A stretch of 32,380 nt of DNA from sequence record SRR16203515_3109; one strand, 5' to 3'. A program made the translations under genes and the position numbers. Below the pieces are notes generated by a model that saw only the letters and a program-made list of their open reading frames with translations, was not told where the DNA came from and did no database searches. Each line of letters begins with the position of its first letter. Position 1 is the first letter of the stretch. Shown here one piece after another: positions 1-9,415 of this stretch.

Positions 1-1
1 T

Positions 2-298
2 GATACCGAATATGTTTCAGAATTATGCTACGACATTGATCCGCTCTTAAGAAATAAATTTTTCAAAGAAATCTCGCGTTATTTACCTTCCTTAAGCGAA
101 GCACAATTGCAGCCAGCATACGCAGGTATTCGCCCAAAGCTTCAAGGTTTAAAAGACGGTTTTAAAGATTTCGAAATCCAATGTGAAGAAGTGCACAACG
201 TCAAAGGGCTAGTGAATCTCTTTGGTATAGACTCGCCAGGTTTGACTGCTAGCTTGTCGATAGGCCAACTTGTTAAGGAAAAAGTTTTAAAATATTGA
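2..298 (+). CDS. NAD(P)/FAD-dependent oxidoreductase, L-2-hydroxyglutarate oxidase (LhgO)-like; 3' part only, truncated by window edge
   Basis: The frame is open from position 2 (DTEYVSELCYDID...RYLPSL...LQPAYAGIRPKL...GLVNLFGIDSPGLTASLSIG). This is the typical C-terminus of the L2HGDH/LhgO family. Confidence 0.85.
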   Translation, partial: DTEYVSELCYDIDPLLRNKFFKEISRYLPSLSEAQLQPAYAGIRPKLQGLKDGFKDFEIQCEEVHNVKGLVNLFGIDSPGLTASLSIGQLVKEKVLKY

Positions 299-436
299 GT
301 GATAAATTCAAGCAAAAGAAAGAGTCTAATTTGAAAAGTTTTACAATTTTGTAAATGGGCTAAGTTTACCTTAGCTGAATTCCTACCTTTGTGATAAATT
401 GCGCAAATATTAACCACATCTTTCGTTGAGGCCCAG

Positions 437-1105
437 GTGAATCGCTGTTTATTGCTTTCTTTATTTTTGTTCCTAAATAGTTTTCATGCAGTTGCGGATG
501 CTCTTAATACTGTTTATCTTCGAGATCCATCTGGCTCTGAAGTAGGAGAGTCGATTAAAGCAATGCTTGACGCTGCATACTCTGAGTTGGGGCTCAAAAC
601 AGAGTATATACAAATAGCGAGTTCTAGCGAACTTACCATGGCCTCAAAAGGAAGAATTGGTGGCGTATTAGCTAGGCACTCAGGCATTGAGGATCACTAT
701 CCCGATTTAGTAAGAGTACCAACACCAATTTTAACGTTTAAATTGATACGGATAGGTAATATAAAGCAATGTGGAAATTGTCAAGATGACGCGATTAGGT
801 CAGTGGCCTACTTAAAAGATGTTGTTATTGCACGTAATCATGCTAAATCGCTGCCTCAAAGAGTAAATCAATTGCCGGTAAGTTACGATGACCCAAGTAA
901 ATTACTTTCGCTTTTGGCCCAAAAGCGGGTTGATTCTATTTATCTAATGGATTTCCAGGTTCCCAGAGATTTGGACCCGTCCTTATACATCACAAGAGAG
1001 ATTACAGAGGAGGTAGATTACCATTACCTATCTCCAAAGCTGGCGCATTTGGCAATGCCACTTAGTGAGAAGCTAAAAAACGTTCTTGGTATTCAACACC
1101 CATAA
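437..1105 (+). CDS. Exported protein, probably an orphan periplasmic solute-binding (family 3-like) protein
   Basis: N-terminal signal peptide (FHAVA-DA), ~220 aa, with 'AYSELG', 'LVRVPTPI', 'LLAQKRVD' and 'YHYL' segments resembling SBP family 3-like proteins of Alteromonadales. No ABC partners adjacent. Confidence 0.6.
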   Translation: MNRCLLLSLFLFLNSFHAVADALNTVYLRDPSGSEVGESIKAMLDAAYSELGLKTEYIQIASSSELTMASKGRIGGVLARHSGIEDHYPDLVRVPTPILTFKLIRIGNIKQCGNCQDDAIRSVAYLKDVVIARNHAKSLPQRVNQLPVSYDDPSKLLSLLAQKRVDSIYLMDFQVPRDLDPSLYITREITEEVDYHYLSPKLAHLAMPLSEKLKNVLGIQHP

Positions 1106-1183
1106 GATTTGGATAAGGTCATGATCATCGAATATGTATCACGATACTTAATGTTGGCTTATCTGACATTAATTGGGGCGTAA

Positions 1184-2452
1184 TTAAACCGTTTTCTCGT
1201 TTGGACTTGAGTGAGCGCCTTCCCGTTTCAAAAAGTAAATCGAGACAATAAAGAGCGCCGCAATAAAGGGCATACTTGAATAAACCAAACTCTGCCACCC
1301 AGCCTTAAATAACATCCAGCCGGCCATCAGAGATGCAGCGGCTTGAAAACCAAACAGCACAAAATCGTTCAGTGCTTGTACCTTATGACGCTCGTGACTT
1401 TCGTAGCTTTGAGGTAACAGCGTTGTACCCGTAAGGAAAAGAAAATTCCAACCGATGCCGAGTAATAACAATGCCCACCAATAATGCATGATAGCCTGTC
1501 CAGATAAGGCGATTATCGTTACTATTGAATAGATAATAGTGCCGCCGATCAGTAGCACTTTTATGCCAAATCGTTTTACCAAATAGCCAGTAAACAAAGA
1601 CGGCAAAAACATTGCTGCGATGTGGCTTTGTATCACCCATTTTGTAGACTCTAAACTATGGCCACTAATGTGGTGCATACTCAACGGCGTTGCGGTCATC
1701 AAATAGCTCATCAGCGCATAACCTATCGCGGCCGACAAAATCGCGATGATAAATATTGGTTGTTTGGCTATTTCAAAAAGAGATCTCGCTTTGCCGGTGC
1801 TTTCATGAATAGTCATTTCTCTATCTTGAAAGTTAATCATAATGAGTATGGCCAATATGGCCATTAATCCTAGTAGGAAGAATGAACCCGCAAACCCATA
1901 TGGCGAGTCAATTAGGCTTTTGGCCGCTACCGCTATTTCAGGGCCCAAGAATGCCGCAAATAAACCGCTGAGCATTAGTATCGACAACACTTTAGGAATA
2001 TCTTCGTCGCTACTTGCGCTTTCTATTGCGGCAAAGCGCAGTTGATGTATAAATGCGGTGCTAATGCCAAATAAAATACTCGCAAGCATAAAATATTCGA
2101 AGCTAGCTTGTATCATGCTCCAAGTAGCTACTAATGAAGCGACAAAGGTAATTGTAAAGCCTAAGAGCGCCGCAAAGCGTCGTCCTTTTTTCTTAGCCGT
2201 TAAGGCGGCAGGAATAGAAGCACTGGCAACGCCCAAAATCATTAAGGTTACGGGAAGAGTTGCTAAGGATGGGTCACTAGAGAGTTGCGTGGAAACGATG
2301 CCTCCGATAAAAACAATAACTGGTGATGCTGACGCAGCTAAAGGCTGCGCCATAAAAAGAAGCCAAATGTTTCTCGGTAGTTTAAAAAGCTTAGATAGAA
2401 TAACTGTTGTAAGTACTAAAACAATTAATGCGATGAATATGGTAGTAAACAT
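1184..2452 (-). CDS. MFS transporter
   Basis: 422 aa with about 12-13 hydrophobic segments and MFS loop motifs (KKKGRR; GYLVKRFG). Confidence 0.85.
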   Translation of the reverse strand: MFTTIFIALIVLVLTTVILSKLFKLPRNIWLLFMAQPLAASASPVIVFIGGIVSTQLSSDPSLATLPVTLMILGVASASIPAALTAKKKGRRFAALLGFTITFVASLVATWSMIQASFEYFMLASILFGISTAFIHQLRFAAIESASSDEDIPKVLSILMLSGLFAAFLGPEIAVAAKSLIDSPYGFAGSFFLLGLMAILAILIMINFQDREMTIHESTGKARSLFEIAKQPIFIIAILSAAIGYALMSYLMTATPLSMHHISGHSLESTKWVIQSHIAAMFLPSLFTGYLVKRFGIKVLLIGGTIIYSIVTIIALSGQAIMHYWWALLLLGIGWNFLFLTGTTLLPQSYESHERHKVQALNDFVLFGFQAAASLMAGWMLFKAGWQSLVYSSMPFIAALFIVSIYFLKREGAHSSPNEKTV

Positions 2453-2518
2453 TTTCTTCCCTGATTTTTAAAGCCTTTAGGCTGTATTCGCAGATTAACT
2501 AAATGACTACAACGCAGA

Positions 2519-2890
2519 TTAAAACGGCCATAAAATTACTGTCCATAATATGAAGGCGATGGTCAATGCAATGAATACAGCGGCTGAGCCTAAATCTTTC
2601 GCTAAACCAGAAAGTGGGTGGATTTCTAAACCAATGCGGTCGACAACGGCTTCAATCGCAGTATTTAATACTTCAGTGAAAATGACGAACAGCAGCGAAA
2701 TAATCAATACCGCTTGTTCAAAAGCTGTGATAGAAAATAAAAAGGTAACAGGAGTAAGCACTACCAGCATGCCAAGTTCTTGTTTAAACGCCGCTTCATT
2801 TTTCAACAACCAACGAAAACCTTTCATCGAGTTTTCATTCGCTAGCATTATGCGCTTAAGGCCGGTTGGTTTATTGTTGGTATCAAACAT
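2519..2890 (-). CDS. dgkA: Diacylglycerol kinase (prokaryotic, membrane)
   Basis: Motifs NEAAFKQE, EVLNTAIEAVVDRIG and HPLSGLAKDLGSAAV. Start placed at ATG 2890, downstream of an AAAGG RBS. Confidence 0.95.
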   Translation of the reverse strand: MFDTNNKPTGLKRIMLANENSMKGFRWLLKNEAAFKQELGMLVVLTPVTFLFSITAFEQAVLIISLLFVIFTEVLNTAIEAVVDRIGLEIHPLSGLAKDLGSAAVFIALTIAFILWTVILWPF

Positions 2891-3090
2891 ATTTATTGTG
2901 CCTTTCTCTATTTCCGTAGCCATTAGTGGAACGCTAGTTTAACCTGAATTATATAATTGTCGACTAACGCAATTTCCAGATTCACAAATTGTAACGTTTT
3001 GATACCCGATAATTAATAGAACAGTTAAAACTTTACTGAAATAATAGCAATGCAAAGGTGTCGAATTTTGCATTTAAATTAAAGGATTTT

Positions 3091-3702
3091 ATGCACACTC
3101 TTTTCTTAAATAACACCCCTTTTACGCCAAGCAAAATAGTATGTGTAGGGCGAAACTATGTCGAACACATAAAAGAACTTGGCAATGAAATACCCGAAGA
3201 AATGGTGATTTTTCTTAAACCTAATAGCGCAATTTCAAACGTATTGGAGTCGCATCATGGTGAATCTTTGCACTTCGAAGGGGAAATTTGTTTTCGTTAT
3301 GCTGAAGGTAAATTCGATGCGGTTGCTTTTGGTTTAGATCTAACCAAACGTGCGTTGCAGGCTAAGTTAAAAAATAAGGGCTTACCATGGGAGCGGGCTA
3401 AAGCGTTCAACGGCGCGGCTGTTTTTAGTGAATTTGTAACATTAGACGATCACGCCGATACCTTGCACTTGGAACTATTCATTGATTCCGAGCTCCAACA
3501 GCACGGCAACACTGAACAAATGATCTATAAACCACAAGTAATTCTAAGCGAATTGCAAAAATTCATGACGTTGGAAGATGGAGATGTCGTTATGACCGGA
3601 ACGCCTAAAGGTGTTGGAGTGGTTCAAGCGGGCAGTGAATACCATGGCAAAATTCTTGATAGCGGCAAGGTGCTTGTCGAAGTTAACTGGCGTGCAAGCT
3701 AG
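3091..3702 (+). CDS. Fumarylacetoacetate hydrolase family protein (YcgM-like)
   Basis: Motifs KIVCVGRNYVEH, HFEGEI, GLPWERAKAF and GDVVMTGTPKGVG. AAGGA RBS before ATG 3091. Confidence 0.92.
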   Translation: MHTLFLNNTPFTPSKIVCVGRNYVEHIKELGNEIPEEMVIFLKPNSAISNVLESHHGESLHFEGEICFRYAEGKFDAVAFGLDLTKRALQAKLKNKGLPWERAKAFNGAAVFSEFVTLDDHADTLHLELFIDSELQQHGNTEQMIYKPQVILSELQKFMTLEDGDVVMTGTPKGVGVVQAGSEYHGKILDSGKVLVEVNWRAS

Positions 3703-3840
3703 TTACTACCGCATTTTGTGCTGAATTCACCTGAAATTAACCGAGAAAACTACCTTAGACTAGGAAATAAAGGAATATATCGCGTCAACGTTTACAAGGT
3801 GTTTGGGTAATAACTTGTGAAGCGAACGCTACGAATATTT

Positions 3841-5262
3841 ATGATTAAACGTTTACGACTTACATTTATTATCATTGGTTGTGCCTTGCTGATCAGTAGT
3901 TGCGCGAGTACGCAATTTGGCGACGTTTTTTCAGGCTACGCACAGCAAATGGCAGACGTTAGGCTCGCGACTCATAATGGAAATTTTAGCGACGCGATAC
4001 AAAAAGTAGATAAACGTTCTTCATCTGATGGTACTTATACTTTAAGCCTACTAGAAATTGGTCGCTTACAGTTTTTGAATAATGACTGGGAAAACAGCCA
4101 AAAAACCTTCGACTTAGCGTATGGCAATATTCAAAAATCTGAAGCTGGCGCGAAATTACAAGCCAGTAGAGGATTTGAATACATCGGCTCGGTGATGAGC
4201 AATGATAATGCGAGAAGGTACGACGTGCCGCTATACGAACAAAGCATGTTGCACTCTTACCAAGCGTTAAATTACTTGTACCAGCAAGGTATTGAAAGCG
4301 CTTTAGTGGAAGTCAGACGAGCTAATTTAGTGCAAGAACGTGCACTAAGAGAAAATGCAGGTGATATAAATAAAGCCCAGCAAAAAATGTCCGGCTATGG
4401 GATATCGCCAGACGCGCTTTCGGCAAATTATCCATCAATGTCTGATGCAATTGGAGAAATCAAAAACGGTTTCCAAAATGCCTATACTTTTTACCTCTCA
4501 GGTATTTTATACGAAGCAGCAGGTGAAGCTAACGATGCCTACATCGACTATAAAAAGGCTTTAGAAATTTTTCCTGATAATCAATTCTTGCAACAAGACA
4601 TTTTGCGGTTGGCAAGCCAATTGAGCATGACCGACGATTTAGCCGAATTTAAAAAACTTTACGGTAACTATCAACCCGAAAAAGGTAGCCGATCAGGGCA
4701 GGTAGTTTTTGTGCTGGAGCAAGGAATTGTGGAAGCACAGGAGGAAGTCTCCCTCAATATCCCTTGGTATGGCCGATATGATAACTTTAGAGCTTATAGT
4801 TTTGCCCTTCCTGTTTATCGAGGACATACAAAATATCAAACGCCCTTAACCGTTTCGTTTGATAGCCAACAGTATACTTCTCAAGAAATTGTTCGCCTGC
4901 AAGCGCTGGCGGCAAAACAGTTACAAGACCAGTTACCCGGCATGGTGGTTAGGCAAATATTGCGACTAACAGCTAAAGAAGAAATGCGTCGTAAAATGGC
5001 GAAAGAGGGCGGTGATTTAGGCAATATTTTGGCTAGCCTCTATAACATCGCGTCGGAACGGGCAGATACGCGTAGTTGGGAAACTTTGCCTGACAACGTG
5101 CAAATTCTGAGAATGAATATGCCACAAGGCACTCATCAATTAGACATGAAAATTGGGGGTAAACAGGAGCAGATAACGGTCGATGTTAATGCAAATCGAA
5201 TTACCCTCGTGAACTTAACTAACATTGGTAACTATACTGGTTATCAAATGATTAATTTATAA
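3841..5262 (+). CDS. COG3014 family TPR-like lipoprotein
   Basis: Lipobox ISSC; 'ALVEVRRAN', 'NDAYIDYKKALE' and 'SERADTRSW' segments; position upstream of ycfL-lpoB as in Vibrio/Alteromonadales. Confidence 0.8.
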   Translation: MIKRLRLTFIIIGCALLISSCASTQFGDVFSGYAQQMADVRLATHNGNFSDAIQKVDKRSSSDGTYTLSLLEIGRLQFLNNDWENSQKTFDLAYGNIQKSEAGAKLQASRGFEYIGSVMSNDNARRYDVPLYEQSMLHSYQALNYLYQQGIESALVEVRRANLVQERALRENAGDINKAQQKMSGYGISPDALSANYPSMSDAIGEIKNGFQNAYTFYLSGILYEAAGEANDAYIDYKKALEIFPDNQFLQQDILRLASQLSMTDDLAEFKKLYGNYQPEKGSRSGQVVFVLEQGIVEAQEEVSLNIPWYGRYDNFRAYSFALPVYRGHTKYQTPLTVSFDSQQYTSQEIVRLQALAAKQLQDQLPGMVVRQILRLTAKEEMRRKMAKEGGDLGNILASLYNIASERADTRSWETLPDNVQILRMNMPQGTHQLDMKIGGKQEQITVDVNANRITLVNLTNIGNYTGYQMINL

Positions 5263-5274
5263 ATGGAGTTTCCA

Positions 5275-5718
5275 ATGAAAACAACATTGAAGTCTACACT
5301 GGCCATTATGTTAGTCGCCGTGGTCATTAGTGGCTGTAAAAACGTACCACCCGTAACGTCTGGCATGGGAACAGATCAAATGGCGGCGCAAGATGATTTT
5401 GCTAAGCACCTCGAAGTGCATAATCCTGAGTTGGCCGAGCAATTAAAAATAGCAGATGTTAAAACGCGTGAAACAAACGACTTGCTCGAAGTGAACTTAG
5501 CCCTAACAAGTACCTATGAAAAATCACTGCAATTGCAATATCACTTCAATTGGTTTGATAAGGATGGCTTCGTTATCGAATCAAGAAAATCTCCCTGGAA
5601 ACCTTTAGATCTTCATGGGTTTCAAACGACAGCTCTTCGAGGTGTAGCACCGACAACTGAAGTGGCATCGTTTAGCGTCTATGTACGCTATGTACCTGAG
5701 AAATATTATAAATTTTAA
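5275..5718 (+). CDS. ycfL: YcfL (DUF1425) family lipoprotein
   Basis: Lipobox ISGC; 'LQYHFNWFDKDGF...SPWKPL' signature; GGAG RBS; precedes lpoB. Confidence 0.85.
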   Translation: MKTTLKSTLAIMLVAVVISGCKNVPPVTSGMGTDQMAAQDDFAKHLEVHNPELAEQLKIADVKTRETNDLLEVNLALTSTYEKSLQLQYHFNWFDKDGFVIESRKSPWKPLDLHGFQTTALRGVAPTTEVASFSVYVRYVPEKYYKF

Positions 5719-5822
5719 TTAACCTTATCAGTGCCAACTTAAACGTTGGCTGAACAGTATTTGAAAGGAAAACAGCAATGCAAAATGTATCTAAACAAAA
5801 AACAATTGTCCAAAGTGTAAAT

Positions 5823-6425
5823 ATGAAGAAAATTATGATCGCCACAACGGTCGGCCTAGCCTTAACCGCTGTTGCCGGTTGTACCAATAAGTCGGTTATT
5901 CGTTACGGCGACGCGACCGCTGTTGAAACAACTGACATGAGCTTTGGCTCTACAGATTTACAAAAAGTTGCGGCAGAAATGACAGATTCACTATTGCTGT
6001 CGCCAGTTGTTGGTTCCCTGACGGCAAACAAACGTCCCGTTGTTTTTGTAGAAAGATTAAAAAACAAAACAAGTGAACATATTGACACAGAATCTATCAC
6101 TGACTCCGTTTCGACTAAATTATTGCGTTCAGGGAAATTCAGGTTTGTTGACATGTCTCGTGTAGAGTCAGCGCGCGAACAACTGAAATTTCAAAATGAA
6201 GGCGGTATGGTTGATCCAAACAAAGCAATGCAATTTGGCAAGCAAATTGGTGCGGAATATATGCTGTACGGCAACTTATCTAGCATTGTGAAAACGAATA
6301 AAGATAAATCAGATGTTTATTATAAATTCACCATGAGATTAATGGACTTAGAAAGCGGCATTGTTGAATGGGCTGATGAAACTGAAATTCGCAAAACTAA
6401 GCAAAAAGAGCGGGTAAGCTGGTAA
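5823..6425 (+). CDS. lpoB: Penicillin-binding protein activator LpoB (short-linker type)
   Basis: Lipobox VAGC; 'KNKTSEHIDT', 'GAEYMLYGNLSSI' and 'MRLMDLESGIVEW'; follows ycfL. Confidence 0.88.
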   Translation: MKKIMIATTVGLALTAVAGCTNKSVIRYGDATAVETTDMSFGSTDLQKVAAEMTDSLLLSPVVGSLTANKRPVVFVERLKNKTSEHIDTESITDSVSTKLLRSGKFRFVDMSRVESAREQLKFQNEGGMVDPNKAMQFGKQIGAEYMLYGNLSSIVKTNKDKSDVYYKFTMRLMDLESGIVEWADETEIRKTKQKERVSW

Positions 6426-6441
6426 GCCTAAAGAGGTTAAT

Positions 6442-6909
6442 ATGAAAGTAATATTCTATAGCTTTGTTTTATTTATGATTTTCACGCCAGTTGCATTGGC
6501 TGATTATGAACGAAATAAAGCCGTACCTGTTGAAAAGGTGCTGTTTGGTAAAATCGTTTCTACGCGAAATATTACTCAACAGGAGCTTGTTCGTGATAGA
6601 AACAACGGTTGGAAAACGTTTGGCGGTGCGTTACTCGGCGGTGCCATAGGTAATCAATTTGGCGGTGGTTCAGGGAGAGACATTGCTACGGTTTTAGGTG
6701 CCATAATCGGTGGCTCTATGGCGCATGAAAATAATCCTAAATATCGACAAGTGTCGACCAAAGTTGTTGAGCTAATGATCCGTGTCGAAGGTGGTAAAGA
6801 GTATATGGTATTGCAAGATTATGATCGCCAGATGGTTTTTCATCGAAATGACGAAGTGCGCATGGTTTACCTAGAAGGCGGCTTCGTTCGTATAGATAAA
6901 CAAATGTAA
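6442..6909 (+). CDS. Glycine zipper 2TM domain protein (SlyB/YcfJ-like)
   Basis: Signal peptide; 'GGALLGGAIGNQFGGGSGRDIATVLGAIIGG' glycine zipper; GAGG RBS. Confidence 0.88.
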   Translation: MKVIFYSFVLFMIFTPVALADYERNKAVPVEKVLFGKIVSTRNITQQELVRDRNNGWKTFGGALLGGAIGNQFGGGSGRDIATVLGAIIGGSMAHENNPKYRQVSTKVVELMIRVEGGKEYMVLQDYDRQMVFHRNDEVRMVYLEGGFVRIDKQM

Positions 6910-6987
6910 CCAATTTGGAGAGTTTTTGATTCAGGTTCTTTTTCTATAAGTGCCTATACACGGGTTATTGGGTTAGCCCGTTCAACC

Positions 6988-7002
6988 TTTACATTTCTTT
7001 AC
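6988..7002. promoter_or_regulatory. CpxR-type tandem box TTTAC-N5-TTTAC
   Basis: TTTAC atttc TTTAC is the reverse complement of the E. coli CpxR consensus GTAAA-N5-GTAAA. It lies ~110 bp upstream of the lipoprotein start at 7113. Confidence 0.5.
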
Positions 7003-7112
7003 GCGCTCAATCGTTCTTCTTTAATGCTGCAAACGCTATCATGAATGCCATACATAGACTGCGCTCTTGGCTGAGTTTTTTTAGTGCAGTATTCAAAATG
7101 GAAGTTTACTTT

Positions 7113-7667
7113 ATGCGTTCAACAATTATTTTTACCGCTGCAGCGACGCTTTTTTTAGCTAGCTGTAGCAGCAATAATTTGCCCGAAACCAAGCCTTTCT
7201 TTCGCGGTACGATATTAGATGACGATACAAAGCTTTTTACTTTTAATTTACTGATTAAACGAAACGGTGAGGAAGAAGAGGGTAAAGGAAAAAATAAGAA
7301 CACTCAGAAGCGCACTAAAGGCCAAGGTGATCGCCCAGAAAAAGGCGGTAAAGGCGAAGGTTCGAATGGAAAAGGAAAAGGAAAAGGAAATAGAGGTGGT
7401 GGTCGGTCAGAAGGCTCAGGCGATAGAGATAAAGGAGGAGAAAAGGCGGCCCAAGGTAATAACAATCAAAGAAATAATGAACGCCTACTCCAATTTGAAG
7501 AAATGCTCTTTAATGAGTTAGATAATAAAATGAATTCAAACGGTTATTGCCGAAATGGCTATATCGTATTATCGCAAGATTTAGGTCGAAATATCTTGAG
7601 CGTGAAAGGCGAATGTCATGAAAGCGCTAATGATCAAGATAGGAAACGCTTCTTAAATCGCGGATAG
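7113..7667 (+). CDS. Hypothetical lipoprotein with central Gly/Lys/Glu-rich disordered insert
   Basis: Lipobox LASC after MRSTII; low-complexity KGKGKGNRGGG segment; C-terminal 'YCRNGY...GECHE' with two cysteines. Confidence 0.75.
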   Translation: MRSTIIFTAAATLFLASCSSNNLPETKPFFRGTILDDDTKLFTFNLLIKRNGEEEEGKGKNKNTQKRTKGQGDRPEKGGKGEGSNGKGKGKGNRGGGRSEGSGDRDKGGEKAAQGNNNQRNNERLLQFEEMLFNELDNKMNSNGYCRNGYIVLSQDLGRNILSVKGECHESANDQDRKRFLNRG

Positions 7668-7692
7668 CTGGCGCAATGAAACTCCTATCAAT

Positions 7693-7718
7693 AAAAAGCC
7701 GTCTATCGACGGCTTTTT
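7693..7718. terminator. Bidirectional intrinsic terminator
   Basis: AAAAAGCCGTC-tatc-GACGGCTTTTT perfect hairpin between convergent genes. Confidence 0.9.
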
Positions 7719-7762
7719 AAATGGTAAAGGCTTTCAAAATACAAGGTACTTTTTACTAAAAT

Positions 7763-9151
7763 TTACTGCTTACCCATTAAATCTAATAAGCCATGAACCG
7801 TTGCTTCAACACCTGATTTAACTGCCGGTTCAGGGGTAATTTTAAATAGTGGACTGTGGTGACTTGGAACAGGTGTGCCTCCGTTCTTTTCACGTTCAAA
7901 ATCTGCTATTGGCGTGCCACCTACTGAGAAGTAAACGCTAGGAATATACGGTTCCGTTGTGAAAAAACCAAAATCTTCAGCGCCCATACCTGTTTGGTTT
8001 GGCTCTCTTAAAGAGTCAGCACCCATTTTTTCACTCAATACACCTTTAAAGCGACGCGCTAACTTCTTGTCGTTAAATGTTGGCGGAAATGAAAACTCGC
8101 TAACGGTTACTTCTGGCAGTTTATCTTCAGGCATACCTGCGGTGCGAGCTGTGCCCACTGCAATTCTTTTTATTGCAGTAAGTAATTGCTCACGAACTTC
8201 TGGCGTAAGGCTGCGAACCGTTAATTGCAGATGAGCACGGTCTGAAATAATATTATGCTTAGTACCAGAATGAAATGCGCCCACTGTTACTACACCTGGA
8301 TAACGAGGCGCTAATTCACGACTAACAATCGTTTGTAAGTTATTGACGATCTGAGAGCCAATCACGATAGGATCTTTTCCTCTGTGCGGCGAGGCACCAT
8401 GTGCTCCAATACCATGAACAATAATATCGACTGTATCTGCGCCTGCATATGGTGAGCCTTCATCAACAGTAACTTTGCCGGCAATACCACCAGAGCTGAC
8501 ATGGAATGCAAATGCATAATCAGGTTTACCAAAACGCTCCCATAAATTATCAGCCATCATTGCACTAGCGCCAGGGCCTTTTTCTTCTGCCGGTTGGCCG
8601 ATCAGCATTAAGGTACCAGACCATTGATCTTTTATTGAGGCCATGTGGCGAGCAGTGCCGACTAAACTCGTAATATGAACATCATGACCACAAGCATGCA
8701 TTACACCTACTTCGTTGCCTTCCCAGTCAATCATTTTCGCTTTTGAAGCGTTTGACAAACCAGAAGCTTCTACAACTGGCAAGCCATCCATATCAGCACG
8801 AACTATCACTGTAGGGCCATCGCCATTTTTCATTATCGCAACAATACCTGTGCCACCAACATTTTCTGTAACCTCAAAGCCAACTGCACTTATCTCTTCT
8901 GCTAAACGCTTCGCCGTTTTCTTTTCCATCAAAGATAATTCTGGGTTGCGATGGAAGTGGTCCCAAAGTTTTCCTAAATGTTGCTGATAGTCTTTATCTA
9001 TTTTTGAGGAGATATCGCTGGCAAAAGCTTGAGGTGCGACCAATACAGAAGTACTCAGCAAAGCTGCCATTAACTGCTGAGAGATTTTTTTTCTCGTAGG
9101 CAATCTCTTAGACATTTCGACAGACACAGTTGAGGTGAAAAAGTGACCCAT
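7763..9151 (-). CDS. M20 family amidohydrolase (M20D/Acy1-like), exported
   Basis: Motifs HRNPELS, RADMDGLPV, MHACGHDVH, QPAEE, GAHGASPH and MGAEDF; signal peptide ending QAFA-SD. Confidence 0.92.
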   Translation of the reverse strand: MGHFFTSTVSVEMSKRLPTRKKISQQLMAALLSTSVLVAPQAFASDISSKIDKDYQQHLGKLWDHFHRNPELSLMEKKTAKRLAEEISAVGFEVTENVGGTGIVAIMKNGDGPTVIVRADMDGLPVVEASGLSNASKAKMIDWEGNEVGVMHACGHDVHITSLVGTARHMASIKDQWSGTLMLIGQPAEEKGPGASAMMADNLWERFGKPDYAFAFHVSSGGIAGKVTVDEGSPYAGADTVDIIVHGIGAHGASPHRGKDPIVIGSQIVNNLQTIVSRELAPRYPGVVTVGAFHSGTKHNIISDRAHLQLTVRSLTPEVREQLLTAIKRIAVGTARTAGMPEDKLPEVTVSEFSFPPTFNDKKLARRFKGVLSEKMGADSLREPNQTGMGAEDFGFFTTEPYIPSVYFSVGGTPIADFEREKNGGTPVPSHHSPLFKITPEPAVKSGVEATVHGLLDLMGKQ

Positions 9152-9334
9152 GCTATTTATCCTTATTATTGATTTAGTTGCTACCCATTTATTACAGGCT
9201 TTAGATTACTTACCTTAGCCTTGATGAGCACAAATGTCTTGGTGATTTATCGTAATTAACTGGCAAACCGTCTGCTGCTAACGTCAAACTAGGCTAAAAG
9301 CAGCCAGTTTTAGGAGAAAAGTAAACAAGGAAAT

Positions 9335-9364
9335 AAAAAAGCCCAACAAATTTTTGTTAGGCTT
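9335..9364 (-). terminator. Intrinsic terminator of the serine hydrolase gene
   Basis: Minus strand GCCUAACAAA/UUUGUUGGGC stem (one G-U pair) followed by a U6 tract. Confidence 0.8.
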
Positions 9365-9415
9365 ATTGATGGTCATACCTTTATTTGTGCGGTGACAGTT
9401 TGTATCGTTGCTTCA

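Noticed and set aside
390-405. CRP-like site TGTGA-N6-GCGCA
   Set aside because: The second half-site is weak and I could not place a supporting promoter.
3721-3735. CTGAA-N5-CTGAA as a fourth TTCAG box
   Set aside because: The spacer is 5 rather than 6, and the orientation is opposite to the downstream gene.
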